Part shown: piece after piece, positions 31,058 through 42,023 of the stretch
Layout of the letters: every line of letters starts with the position of its first letter
How positions within the stretch are numbered: position 1 is the first letter of the stretch
Source of the DNA: Akkermansia muciniphila
GTDB taxonomy: Bacteria; Verrucomicrobiota; Verrucomicrobiia; Limisphaerales; F1-80-MAGS106
NCBI GenBank assembly: GCA_945865375.1
Contig: CAMBEJ010000004.1
Span: forward strand, 14,650-78,649
DNA length: 64,000 bases
Direction: 5' to 3'
The notes under the pieces: generated by a model
Databases searched by the model: none
Seen by the model: the letters and a program-made list of their open reading frames with translations, nothing else
Told to the model about the DNA's origin: nothing
Program-made: the position numbers and the translations under genes

Positions 31058-32119
31058 TCAAGGATCATTACGCACGGAAGTTGCTCGACTCTCTGAAACG
31101 CATGCCGTCATATTGACGTTGCTTGCCGGCGCCTGAAGCACCCGTGCTTTGAGCAGCAGCAACGGTGCTAAAAACAACATCCAGAAGTTGGACACTGCGC
31201 CATAAAGAAAAGTCTTTAAGAACTGGAGAGTTTCCGTGTGCATCGACGGTAGCACATTCGTAAGATCCCGGATCAACCAAGCACCGCCGAGGGCGTATCC
31301 GAAAGCAAAGCCGCGCCTCCAAACTTCTCCACGCACTTCAAAGGAAGCCCAATGTCCTGCCAAGAGGATCCCACACGCAGTGCCGAAAAGCTCGCCGACG
31401 GATTGGATCAATCCGCTCAGACTTCGAGCTCCTACAGAATACGTTGACCAATTAAAAGAATCCACAACGTTCCTTGTTGCCCCTTGCACCCCAAATCCGA
31501 CAAACAGCAAGGCGACCGTCGCCCACATAACGATAAGCATTCGGTGCCAGAAGCTCAGTGACCTGAGCCACGAGCACAGCGTTTGCTCCGTCCATTCAAA
31601 GCACCAGATCAGTCCTGTCCCAATAATCCACGCTGCTACGACATCGCTAATAAAATGAACTCCGAGATACACGCGAGAAATCGACACCAGCAGGACAATG
31701 ATGATCGCAACCATTAGGATCGAATACTTGCCGACTGTTCTGGCCACATACGGCCACACAACTACGGCCCACAGAACATGTCCTGAAGGCATACCGTATC
31801 CCCCGGAATCTGAGAGTGCCTTGACGCGGTCATCCATCCAAAATGGACGAGGCATGTGGCATGCCAGCTTCAAGATGTGCAGCAACCAGCCGGTCAATGA
31901 GAAGAGCAGGAAGAGACGTTGCCCTGCCGTCCTAGAGAGGCAAAAGTAAACGAACGGCAGAACGTAAGGAAATACTTCGAAACCCAAATAGCTGACCATG
32001 ATCATCAAGTCCCGGATCGTGCCGTCTCCTTGAATGGCTACAATCCAGCTCAACTCCACTCTATGAATAGAAGACATAGACTGTCGGTTGCTAGGAATGT
32101 GTGCGTTTGGAATCCACAA
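31058..32119 (-). CDS. PAP2-family membrane phosphatase; start uncertain
   Basis: K...PRP, MPSGH, SRVYLGVHFISDV. Confidence 0.9.
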   Translation of the reverse strand: MWIPNAHIPSNRQSMSSIHRVELSWIVAIQGDGTIRDLMIMVSYLGFEVFPYVLPFVYFCLSRTAGQRLFLLFSLTGWLLHILKLACHMPRPFWMDDRVKALSDSGGYGMPSGHVLWAVVVWPYVARTVGKYSILMVAIIIVLLVSISRVYLGVHFISDVVAAWIIGTGLIWCFEWTEQTLCSWLRSLSFWHRMLIVMWATVALLFVGFGVQGATRNVVDSFNWSTYSVGARSLSGLIQSVGELFGTACGILLAGHWASFEVRGEVWRRGFAFGYALGGAWLIRDLTNVLPSMHTETLQFLKTFLYGAVSNFWMLFLAPLLLLKARVLQAPASNVNMTACVSESRATSVRNDP

Positions 32120-32377
32120 AGACGCTTTCCAAGGATCTTTTCATCACGCTCCACTTCCAAATCTTTCGAACTGCTTTGCTCTCACCTCCCAAAATCATTC
32201 TCAAGTCGGATCCCCTCTAAAACAGGTCAATGTATAATGTCGCGGCGTAATGCAAGCACTTTCTCTGTGAACCGTTGCCATCTTGCTCGCACGGTCCTCG
32301 GGAACGTCGACGAATCTGCATTCAAGGTTTTCCGATTCTCACTTTTGATGGCTGCCGTCAGATGTCTTAAACAACAT

Positions 32378-33244
32378 TTACTTCTGTGGCACCCACTCCG
32401 GAGGCGGAGCAGGAATGGCTTTTTGCAAACGCCGCAAATCCGCCAGGTCTGCCTGATTTTGCGCGCGCTTCCAGTAGCTTTGCTTCTGCTTGAAACTCTT
32501 ACCCCAACGCCATCGCCAAAGTTCCGTATGGCCATCCGCAAAGGAGAATGTTCCCGCTTTGCCGTGCCGGTCCGTCGGCATGTTTACCCAGCGATCGTCC
32601 GGGTCCGGCCATGTCAAAAAATGCGCGTCGTCAATGCTGTCTTCATCCTCGTCCACAAACACAAAGAGTTGCGACGGATTCTCCGTCTGCGAGAAGCGTT
32701 GAAACACCGTTTGAGCTTCATTGGTCCGCCCCCCCCAAGTCCCACTCATAGAGTAGCTGCGGGTGCGCAATCGTGACAACCACTGGCCGTTCAATAAATG
32801 CACCTTGGATCTATCCGCTGGACAGTGGTAAGTGTTTAGTGAGCGGTTGTAGTCGTACTTGAACAAGAGTCCCTGTTCAATGCCCGTCGTCTCCGGATCA
32901 TGCGGAGCGCTGCTCCAGCCAATCCAGGAATCAGGCGTGCTTCTCCAGGCACCGGCCCCGTTGGTGGCTAGATTTGGAGGCACGCAATCATTGTTGTCGT
33001 TCACATACATCATCCAGCACGCTTGCAATTGTTTGAGATTATTCAGGCACACGGAGGAGACGACTTTTCTCTTGGCGCTGAACAAGGCCGGAAGAAGCAG
33101 TGAAGCCAGAATAGCGATAATCGAGATCACGACTAACAATTCGATCAAGGTAAAGCCCATTCTCGGATGCGCGTCATCCAAAATCATTCTCGCGTCCCGC
33201 GTTCGCGCGAAGCGGGGTGCCTCAAGTCGAGTTGCACTGTTCAT
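32378..33244 (-). CDS. Prepilin-type N-terminal / H-X9-DG (DUF1559-like) protein
   Basis: [51 protein letters not shown]. Confidence 0.92.
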   Translation of the reverse strand: MNSATRLEAPRFARTRDARMILDDAHPRMGFTLIELLVVISIIAILASLLLPALFSAKRKVVSSVCLNNLKQLQACWMMYVNDNNDCVPPNLATNGAGAWRSTPDSWIGWSSAPHDPETTGIEQGLLFKYDYNRSLNTYHCPADRSKVHLLNGQWLSRLRTRSYSMSGTWGGRTNEAQTVFQRFSQTENPSQLFVFVDEDEDSIDDAHFLTWPDPDDRWVNMPTDRHGKAGTFSFADGHTELWRWRWGKSFKQKQSYWKRAQNQADLADLRRLQKAIPAPPPEWVPQK

Positions 33245-34010
33245 TGGAATTACCTGTTGGCAATTGTTTAGCTGCTTTTTGAGCAGACGTCGCTCGACCA
33301 TACCGTCCCCCAACACAATTCTTGCGCATCCGAATCAGTCCTTTGATGTCGTCCCAAGCCGTGCGAATGATCCTCACTCGGCTGTCCGAATCATCCACCC
33401 AACGGACGGGCAGATCGAAAATGCGATAGCCCAATTTCTCTGCCAACACTAATAGTTCTGTGTCAAAGAACCAACCATTGTCTTCGACCAACGGCAACAA
33501 CGCTTGCGCGGCTGGACGCGTGATCGCCTTAAATCCGCATTGTGCATCGGAAAAGCGGGTGTGGAACATTACCTTGACAAGCACATTGTAACAACGGGAA
33601 ATAAACTCCCTTTTCCATCCGCGTTTGATCAATTCCGGCTTGAGCAATCTCGAACCGGTCGCTAAATCAAACCCGCCACTCATCAGCCCTTCGATCAAAG
33701 GCGGAAAGGCGGAGAGATCTGTTGAAAGATCGACATCCATGTAGCTCAATAGGTCCGCCCTGCTCGCCAGCCACGCCGATTTCAAGGCTCGTCCGCGACC
33801 TTTCTCGTTTAGGTGGACCACACGGATTGTTCTCCGTTCGTACCCTAATTGTCTCGCAAACTCCAAAGTGCGATCGGTCGAACCATTATCAGCAATCACG
33901 ATTTCGTAATCGATTCGGAAGTGGCGCGAAAGAAACTCGTCCAATATCTTCACACTGGCCCCAAGCTGAGCTTCTTCATTGAACGCCGGGATGACGACAG
34001 CAAGTTTCAT
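33222..34010 (-). CDS. GT2 polyprenyl/dolichyl-phosphate glycosyltransferase (paralog of 16718-17497)
   Basis: [39 protein letters not shown]. Confidence 0.93.
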   Translation of the reverse strand: MKLAVVIPAFNEEAQLGASVKILDEFLSRHFRIDYEIVIADNGSTDRTLEFARQLGYERRTIRVVHLNEKGRGRALKSAWLASRADLLSYMDVDLSTDLSAFPPLIEGLMSGGFDLATGSRLLKPELIKRGWKREFISRCYNVLVKVMFHTRFSDAQCGFKAITRPAAQALLPLVEDNGWFFDTELLVLAEKLGYRIFDLPVRWVDDSDSRVRIIRTAWDDIKGLIRMRKNCVGGRYGRATSAQKAAKQLPTGNSNEQCNST

Positions 34011-34016
34011 GCGCTA

Positions 34017-34421
34017 TCACAAGGTCATCATTCGCGAGCCGATACGTCTCGGAAAGGATAGCGAGGCAGACCGTGGCTTAAAGCAATTCAGTCCCAAATG
34101 AAATACGCCGCGCTCCCATGATGTGGGCAGCAAGGCCGCAGACGCGGCGAGCGTGAAACAAGCCTGAACTGGCGTCAAGACTTCGAATCCACAGTCACCG
34201 ATTGCGGGCAAGCGAGTTTGGGGCGCAAGTCGCGCAGCCTCCCAGACCAGGACTGTTGTCGTGCTTCCCTGCCAAACTCGATAGCGCACTAAAGGTTCAA
34301 GCAAATTCCGCTGTTCCCAATCGGAGAAAGTCTGGCCCGCGACACTCTTGATCACTTGGTCCATGAAACGCTTCCAGTTCCAGTTCGCCAGCACGAGGCA
34401 GACTCGCGACTTAGTCTTCAT
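34017..34421 (-). pseudogene. Internally deleted GT2 remnant
   Basis: N-terminus KRFMDQVIKSVAGQTFSDWE fused directly to late motif NLLEPLVRYRV. Confidence 0.55.
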
Positions 34422-35708
34422 GCTCTTTTCTCCTGCTTACCGTCTGTCTTCGAGCCTTGGACCAGATCACGCACCACCAAAACCAGCGCAACCACGATGG
34501 CCAGTGGCAGCAGTGTCCTTGGAATTACCTCTTTGCTGAACAAATACGGTAAATACGTGAACGCAGAAGCAGTCTGAACCAGAGCTGTCACACGCCAGCC
34601 TCCCGCAACGTAGAACGCATAGATCACCGACAGAACATCTGCCGCAAAGAAATAGCGTTCGTGCATGCCGGGCAGGAGAAACGGCGGAAATAAAACCGAC
34701 AATAATGCCAGCGACACGAGCCAGCGGTTCTGATCGGATTGTTTGGCACGATTCTCGTTCATCCACAGAACGAAAACCGCAGTGGCTCCGAGCGTGAGCA
34801 CGACACCGGGCCACCAGAATATCTCCGGATACTGTTCAAAGACCCATTGATACCAGTTCGTCGCACCAAGAGTCAGTCCGGGAGTATTCTCTACTCGACC
34901 CCAGTAAGCCAACACGTCCAGCACGGGCCGCCCAGCCAGCATGGCTGGTATTCCACATGCCGCATACACCGCTCCTGGAATCCAAATCCATTTCCAAGGC
35001 AGCCGTCCGCTCACGAATAGTCCCGCGAGCAACGGGCACCAGAAGATGGCCTGAGGTTTCAGTGAACAGGAAAGGCCAAAAGCGATCAATGCCGCCCTCG
35101 GCCTGTTCTCCAGTAGGTAAGACAAAGACGCGACAAAACCACCAACGTAAATGACGTCACACTGGGCCCAAAGGGCGCCATTCATGACCACTGTGGGAAG
35201 GAACAGGAATATCGTAATTGCGACCCACGCTCTTTGGTTCTTGGGGAATTCTCGCTGTAACAAACGCCAAACATACGCCGCCACGACATAGTCGGACCCG
35301 ATGGAAATCAATTTAATCGCGTACAGTTTCGGCAACGGCAGCAATGTGCTAAGGGACACAAAATACATGTAAAGCGGTGGGTAATTGGCGAATTGTTCGG
35401 TCAATTTGCCAAGCCCGCGCCATCGCCCATGCTCGATAAACCAATCATACCAGTGGCTCAGGTAAAGTCGAAAATCTCCGCTTTCGAAGTTAAAAATTGA
35501 AATTCGCAGCAAAAGGGAGACGGCGACGGTGACATAGAGCCACAGGAACAGAGGCTCCCGCCACGGTTGTCGTGGTGTCACTTGTAAACCGGGATGATCA
35601 TTTTGTCCGGTGCTGCCTCGAGTTACCAGCGCCGTGCTTTGCGCGATCCAGATGTCTGGCTCTGAAAGGACCGGCCCCGGTATTCGTTTCCTGCTTTGAG
35701 ATGGCATG
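34418..35708 (-). CDS. GT-C (GT87/mannosyltransferase-like) membrane protein; start uncertain
   Basis: ANYPPLYMY, WAQCDVIY, LKPQAIF, LPGMHERYFF. Confidence 0.82.
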
Positions 35709-35795
35709 TCCACGACAAATGCATCCCTACTCACCAAGTCGAAGAACAGGTCCAGTCTTTCATTCACTTTCAGTGCAGTGTTTACTTTGCCTTCC

Positions 35796-37196
35796 TCAAG
35801 GCAGGCGCCGCCACAGCCACCACATGCCGCTGACCACAATTGCATAATAGAGCGCCACTGAGGCATAAGGCGGAAGCCCGAGAATCATCCCCACATTCGG
35901 CGAAAGCTCACCGTGTAAGAACAGCGGCAAATGTAGCTGGAGCAGTGGATTGTAAAGGTATCCACCTGGACAAGCGTCCGTGAGAGTAGCAAAAGTAACG
36001 ATACCAATTGAATACATCCCCAAAACGAGTCCAAGTCTCGGCCATCGTTCGACACCCAATGCACAGAGTATCGCTAAAAGAGGTAAAATTGGCGCGAAGT
36101 AACGGGCACTGAGAGTAGGACCAGCTTCCCAATCCCACACTCTTCCCGAAATTACAAGACAATGTAATAAAGGTATGTAGTAGAATAACCATTGCGATCC
36201 TGGGCACGTGCTGGGAAGTCGAAGCATGCCGGGGATGGCCAACAGCAAGAACGGCGTCCAAAACACTAGCCCGCGAGTCGGACTGAATAGCAGTCGCCAG
36301 AGATTCTCGAAATCCGGCATTTTGATGGCGTACAGACCCTCATTCATCGCAAGAAAAGTGGCTTGATAGCTATAAGGAATAGCAAAAGGAGTTCTGATTG
36401 TTAACCAACTGTAAATTGGAATTAGTAAAAGTGGTGGCAACATACCCATGACAAATGGTTGCACTCCCCCCTGTCGACGCACACAAACATAGCCAACAAA
36501 TCCCATTACCACCAGTCCACTGCTGAATTCGCTTGCGAGCGCCAATCCTGCACAAACTCCCGCCAACACCATGCGCTTTGAATTCCCAGTCCGCGTATTG
36601 GAACGCTGCAGGCCGAACAAGTTCATCGCCCACATAGCGATTGATAACAACCCTATGACCCCGGCATGACTAAACAAGGATGTTGAGTAAGGGAGAGGCA
36701 ATGATCCTAGAAACAGTGCGAGCACTGTTGCAAGTGCCGCTCGACGCGCCACAAACTGCGAAAGCCAACTGAACAACAAAGCTCCTCCGACGGCCGCCGG
36801 CAAGGCTTGAGAGAACACACAAGCCATCCAACTCGTTGCAAGCCACGAAGCCTGTGAGTTCGCCTCCACCCCAATCGCCCTTAATACAATCGAAGTGGCT
36901 GCAAAAGCCGGCAACGCCAATGCGACCGCACCCGGTGCCTTATCACTGTAATAATGTCCCCCTGAGACCGCTTTATCAGTGGTATTCGTGTGGTACGAAT
37001 CTATACTCCACGAATGTTTATCCACTAACGCGTGAAGTAAATCAAGACGCGACACGGGCGTAGCTGCGTCAAATCGCTTCTGATGAATCGTGCTAAAAGA
37101 AAACAATAACAACAGTGCTAGAATGGCGCATGGGCACAACTCGCGAGACCTAACGCCCTGTGAATCAGTTCCATCACTCACGAAGTTTACGTTCAA
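35796..37196 (-). CDS. Multi-pass membrane GT-C-like glycosyltransferase (paralog of 18322-19869)
   Basis: TTDKAVSGGHYYSDKAPG, PYSYQATF, LFSPTRGLVFWTP. Confidence 0.75.
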   Translation of the reverse strand: MNVNFVSDGTDSQGVRSRELCPCAILALLLLFSFSTIHQKRFDAATPVSRLDLLHALVDKHSWSIDSYHTNTTDKAVSGGHYYSDKAPGAVALALPAFAATSIVLRAIGVEANSQASWLATSWMACVFSQALPAAVGGALLFSWLSQFVARRAALATVLALFLGSLPLPYSTSLFSHAGVIGLLSIAMWAMNLFGLQRSNTRTGNSKRMVLAGVCAGLALASEFSSGLVVMGFVGYVCVRRQGGVQPFVMGMLPPLLLIPIYSWLTIRTPFAIPYSYQATFLAMNEGLYAIKMPDFENLWRLLFSPTRGLVFWTPFLLLAIPGMLRLPSTCPGSQWLFYYIPLLHCLVISGRVWDWEAGPTLSARYFAPILPLLAILCALGVERWPRLGLVLGMYSIGIVTFATLTDACPGGYLYNPLLQLHLPLFLHGELSPNVGMILGLPPYASVALYYAIVVSGMWWLWRRLP

Positions 37197-37225
37197 GCGA
37201 CAAACTCAACTCGATTGTTTTACCA

Positions 37226-37600
37226 TCAGCAGTTACACGGTTTCGCGGATGCAATTGGATCACCGCACGGTGTCGTACATGTGCACGTGCCCGTTGGAGA
37301 GCCATGAGTCTCATCATTAATGCAGTTACACTTCTTATAGGAAGCTGAGACTGTTGTTTGCGATCCAATGGTACACGTAGAGGGCGGAACGTTTATGAAC
37401 TGGACGCAACTATTGCATGAGCCACTGTATGTCCATATAATGCAGGCCGGCTGGCCGGAATTGTTACAATATACGTCACAATCACCAGAATCGATGGGCC
37501 CAACGCACCCCCAAAACACGGCACTAACGTCCTCCGTTAGCATGAATGCTAACAACGTGCAGACAGTTGCATATCGGAGTCGCACCGATATAAATTTCAT
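37226..37600 (-). CDS. Small secreted Cys-rich protein (14 Cys in the predicted mature part)
   Basis: Signal MKFISVRLRYATVCTLLAFMLTEDVSA, then a Cys/Thr/Ser/Gly-rich domain ending KPCNC. Confidence 0.75.
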   Translation of the reverse strand: MKFISVRLRYATVCTLLAFMLTEDVSAVFWGCVGPIDSGDCDVYCNNSGQPACIIWTYSGSCNSCVQFINVPPSTCTIGSQTTVSASYKKCNCINDETHGSPTGTCTCTTPCGDPIASAKPCNC

Positions 37601-37720
37601 TAGTCTTTCAGTTACTTTGTGTGTTTGCATACCGTTCCTATTGTTTTGGTTGTTTACGACATTGAGCCGACAAATCAATTTCCTAGCTGACTCTTGGCTC
37701 AATTGTCGCACAGCCCAAGG

Positions 37721-39295
37721 TTATTTTGATATGTTGCTCCGTTGAGATGTTTTCCACATTATTAATGGCCCTGCTATCACAACAAACACCATGATCCAAC
37801 CGAGCATACTGCTGATTCTGGTTCTGAATCGTCGTTTTGCCATCAACTCGACTTGGTGGGAGAATTCTAGCCGAGCTAATGGGGATATACTCAGCGAGGT
37901 GAGGGCATTAGTGGTGTATCTGACACCAGAAATCTGAAGTGCTTGATCGAATAGTCTCTCCTCGGTAATGGTCACTTGGTTAGGCAAATCCAACTGCGGA
38001 AAAGTCACTGAGCCCTCGGCGTAATTTATAACCCGCAGATCGAGTCTCGCATTTCCGTACGGAATTTCGCGCACCGATTTGCCCGTTGTGTTGGTTCGCG
38101 GCGGCGCAAATTTGGAGAACTCAGCAAGAGTCGGAATGCGCATTCCAGCAACATTTATAAAATGTGACAATTGGATTTTCTCTAGGAGAAAGCCCTCATG
38201 GTAGCGTGCAACAAGCGCTTGCGCCTCTCTATAGTTCGTATTTTCACCGTTGCTCCATTCAGGACCTAAAAACGCGCTGGAACGCCACTTCTTCCGCAAA
38301 ACATCCGAAACTCGTATATCACAACTCAATGTCTGCTCACTACCGGTTCCAGCATATGTATAATGTGCCTCGCTGATAACACTCAGCGGTTCGCCAGCTA
38401 CTGTAGATGCGACGGAAAACGCTCGCACCTTGGAAGCAGATTCTGACGGAAACAACGCTAAACAACGAACCATCGTGAACACCCGACTTGCCAATCCATC
38501 TCCGCAGTTTCCCAACTGCCATGCAATATCTTCTCTGCGAAAGCTAGCAACCGCCAAATTCTCTTGCATATTGAATGTAACAACGGCATTCGTTCCTTTA
38601 TTTACAAAGAAGATGTTGGAAGCAGTACCACTATTGTATCTACTTGGAAGAGCGGGCGGCAAATAGGAAATCAGTAGCGTGTCATCGTCGAAGCGTGCCT
38701 GAAAAGCCTTCGTATCCTCCGAGGTCTTCCCGTTATAATCATAAGTTGAACGAAGTTCCCCAGAAATCAAAACTTGGTCGGCGGTGGCCCTAATTGGACT
38801 TGTGCTAATCCACGCGATAATCAGTAAACACGCCATCACTTGTGGAGAATGTTGGTCGCGCTGTCGCAGGCGCACTTCTTTTCTTTCTTCGTTAAATATG
38901 AATATTCCGGCGACCCACAGAAACGAAAGCATCAATCGAATTAACCAAGTTGATGCCCTGGCACCCAACAAGTCTGTCGCGACTCCAAGGCATGAGCAAT
39001 GCTGTTGATCAGACTGCGTGAACAAACTAAGATGATAAAGCGAAGCACAAGTGCAGAAATAAAGAATGATCTGTCCAGACCCGCCTGATTGTATCGACTT
39101 TATTAATGACAAAGCAACTAGGATCTCCATTACAGCACCAAGAATGAGCGCCTCACGATTAGTCAACAGAGTAATTCCAGGATCAGTTATTATCGCCGAC
39201 AGTGGCACCCGAACAAACTGCACTACTTTCAGAACAGCGGTAACAAATAACATCAACGCAATGGCCCACAGCACTTTTTCACGTAATCTGTTCAT
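37721..39295 (-). CDS. MauE/DoxX-like membrane domain fused to a periplasmic domain with C-terminal TM
   Basis: TAVLKV...EILVAL...HCSCLG (CxC in a TM loop); long soluble region; terminal TM. Confidence 0.7.
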   Translation of the reverse strand: MNRLREKVLWAIALMLFVTAVLKVVQFVRVPLSAIITDPGITLLTNREALILGAVMEILVALSLIKSIQSGGSGQIILYFCTCASLYHLSLFTQSDQQHCSCLGVATDLLGARASTWLIRLMLSFLWVAGIFIFNEERKEVRLRQRDQHSPQVMACLLIIAWISTSPIRATADQVLISGELRSTYDYNGKTSEDTKAFQARFDDDTLLISYLPPALPSRYNSGTASNIFFVNKGTNAVVTFNMQENLAVASFRREDIAWQLGNCGDGLASRVFTMVRCLALFPSESASKVRAFSVASTVAGEPLSVISEAHYTYAGTGSEQTLSCDIRVSDVLRKKWRSSAFLGPEWSNGENTNYREAQALVARYHEGFLLEKIQLSHFINVAGMRIPTLAEFSKFAPPRTNTTGKSVREIPYGNARLDLRVINYAEGSVTFPQLDLPNQVTITEERLFDQALQISGVRYTTNALTSLSISPLARLEFSHQVELMAKRRFRTRISSMLGWIMVFVVIAGPLIMWKTSQRSNISK

Positions 39296-40247
39296 TGCTC
39301 GCAACCTTTCAAATAGGACAGCAGTCCTATTTCGTGTCCTCCGGGTAGAGGTTGAATCAGTTGACCTCCCGGTTCATCGTCCAACGTCAACCCGTGGCTT
39401 TCCGTGATCTGCCGAGTGTTGTTCAGGCTTTTGCAATGACCTAGGTTTCGCCTTAGCCCAATCGGAACGCCGTGCCCATCATGTGGCACCAAACGCCATG
39501 CCAAGTGTCCCGAGTTCTGCTTTGGAAGGCGGACTCTTGATTCATGCGGGGTCATAAGGAAACAGTGTGGCGAATGGGAAGGATAATACTCACTCGAGCG
39601 GTTCGTGCCTAAGAATAAACTGATAGCATTTGGTTTCTGCTAGTCATTTGGTTTCTGCTCGTTTCTTCACAATAGACTGCCCCCCCCCTCAAGGCTGTCA
39701 ACGTCTTTTAATGATTTTTTTTTGCCTGGTGACCAGCGTCGGTGAATTCTCCCGAATGGCGCTTAGTTAAGGCGTATATCTATGAGCAAGAGTGACTTGC
39801 AAAAGCGGTCAAAAACTCTCATGTTTCTCTGGCTTCCGCTGAGTTTTGCTCCTTCACCGACGCAAGAACCCGGTTTTGCAGCCATTTGAGGGCTACCCCT
39901 CGAAAAAACTCGGCACCAACCAAAAAACCTGTTGAAAAACCGGCTGTTTTGCTGGGCCTTATCTAACGCTACAGCGATAGTTCGCGATTTATGCCCATGG
40001 TGACAGGGTAAAAACGCGTTTGGAGCGTGATTTGTTACCCCGACCTGGCGGCGGTCGGCGTTCGCGATGACGCTGGAATTTTAAGCGACCGTTGGCCGAG
40101 CGTTTCTAATTCCGGGGAGTTGGGGTCACTGTTGGCTGCCATTTTTCCCGGAGTCAAACGACATTTTTGACTTACGCCTAGGGTCCTCTCCCCTCACGCT
40201 CAAGGCCGTCATTGAATCGTGCTGGGCCGGAGAAAGAAGCGGTGTGT

Positions 40248-40445
40248 GTCATTCGTAGACGAAGGATCACGCCCACCGACGTCAAAGCCGTGCAGGAACT
40301 TCTCCAGGAGAAACCTTGCTTGGGTCGGTGGCGTTTGGCCCTGGAGTTGTGCCAGTGCTGGCAATGGCGCGCCGCTCATGGCGGGTGGAAGGGCCGAGCG
40401 GCTCTGGCTGTTTTAGTCGAGATGGGCGAGCGAGGCTGGATCATC
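40248..40445 (+). pseudogene. N-terminal fragment of a DUF4338-like IS-associated protein
   Basis: RRITPTDVKAVQELL...GRWRLALELCQCWQWR...LVEMGERGWI. Confidence 0.55.
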
Positions 40446-40685
40446 GTCCCTTTGAGCCCGAGCAGCAGTTGATCGTTGAGCAAGTGCGGCTCGTAAACGC
40501 CGTCGTGATCGATGACCAGCGTTTGGGCCATGGCACAGAGGTCTACCAGATGATGCCAATCACGGTTGTTGCGGGCCAGTCGCGAGGCGTCCAACGCGAA
40601 GACCGCCCCGACTTCGCCCTGGAACACCAGATCGAGCAGGCGCAAGAACCCGCTTCGTTGGACCGAACCGCTGCCGGAGCAGCCT
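40443..40685 (-). pseudogene. Serine recombinase fragment
   Basis: RSGFLRLL...DASRLARNNRDWHHLVDLC...NDQLLLGLKGTM. Confidence 0.8.
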
Positions 40686-40720
40686 TTGCCCTTCATTGGG
40701 TCAGTTCCTGACTGTACGTA

Positions 40721-40945
40721 CGTCTGGCTCGCCGCCGTCGCGCCAATCTCGATGACAGGCTTCCACTCGCCTCCGAGGAGCGAAGGACGCGCTTCAACCA
40801 CATAAGCCCTCCCAGCCACGCCGGCAAACTGCAACACGAAATCTGGGCCGACGGCGGGCACCCGGGCCACATGAACAACTTCGACCCGCAACAGACTTGC
40901 CTTGTCCCTCGGATTTGTTCCCGCCAAAAACTCCGCCGCGTTCGT
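40721..40945 (-). repeat. Partial duplicate of the 3' end of gene 43295-48397
   Basis: Matches 43364-43588 with an identical core of ~95 bp (TNAAEFLAGTNPRDKASLLRVEVVHVARVPAVGPDFVL). Confidence 0.9.
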
Positions 40946-40974
40946 ATAAGAAAGTTCGCCGGCCGCGGTGGCGG

Positions 40975-41931
40975 CGGCTTTGTTCCCATTGGCGAGGAAC
41001 TTCTTGCCGTCGGCGAACGAGCCGCCGAGATATTGCTCGCTGATGGCCTTGCAGGTGAAGTAGAGAGAACCCTGGCAGACGGTGGTGTGGCCGTGGAGAT
41101 TCGTGGTGCCGTAGGCCGAGCCGAAGCGTTTCATGAAGTCGCTCCGCCCGCCCGCCCTTGATGCGGCCCCAACTCATGACGAACTGGTTGTTCCTCGGCC
41201 CGAAGTCGGGGTGCTCCGGGTCAATGAGCTTGTCGAGATGCGCGGCGTGCTTCGTCTTGAAAGCGGCGACGAGGTCCTTCTTTTTCGCGGCGTCCTTCTC
41301 GTCCCAAAGCGCCTTCACGTCGGCGGCCATCTCCTTGGCGAGCTTGTCGTCCTTGAGCGTTATCAACGCGCGCAGACCTTCGACGTGGCGATTCTCCTCG
41401 CCCGGCGCCTTCGCGAAGAGTTTTCCGCTTTCGACGATCTCCGTGACCGCTTGATCAAAGCTGATGGTTGCCCATTTGCCCTCGCCGCGCTTGCCGACGC
41501 GCTTGAGGACTTTTGCGGAGGCGATAAGGGTCTTAGAGATTCTGGAGGCCGGCCTGGCCTTTCGGGCAGAGCGCCCCATCGACCCGCGCAGCGTCGTCGG
41601 GCGTCGTGGTCATCGGCCGATGAGGGAAGAGCGCCCAGGGATTGTAGGGGCTGCGGTCAATTTTGGTGAGCACGCCGTCTTGAATCTTGGCCTTGATGCC
41701 GCAGCCCGTGTTGCAGTTCATGCACACGGAGTAAATCATGTTCTCCGGGTTCACGAGGTCGTATGGCACATCGGGGCGGCCGTTGTTGAGAATGCGCGCC
41801 GGCGCGCCCTCGGCACCGAAGACTTCTTCCTCATTGGCCTTGAGCAGCGCGGCGAACGCACCGCCCAGAAACGCGCCATTGCCAAGAAAACTGCAGCGAG
41901 AGACAGGGGATGGAGTCGTAGTCATTTTCAT
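40975..41931 (-). pseudogene. Molybdopterin oxidoreductase (TtrA-like) 5' remnant
   Basis: Degenerate Tat motif SRCSFL, CMNCNTGC...CPKGQAG, KVLKRVGKRGEGKWATISFDQA, GHTTVCQGS; has a stop, frameshifts and truncation. Confidence 0.8.
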
Positions 41932-42023
41932 GTGGTTTTCCTTTCTTCAGAAACCATTTGGGGAGCGTGTTTGCAATCGAGGCTGGCTGATGCTAGAAAC
42001 TGTTGCCGCTTGAAACGGCGCTT

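Noticed and set aside
39305-40211. Possible ncRNA, tRNA or att site in the long non-coding stretch
   Set aside because: No tRNA fold, known RNA motif or matching direct repeat could be identified by eye.
40376-41134. 252-aa ORF as a novel fusion protein
   Set aside because: It is a chance in-frame join of oxidoreductase, surface-protein and recombinase fragments.
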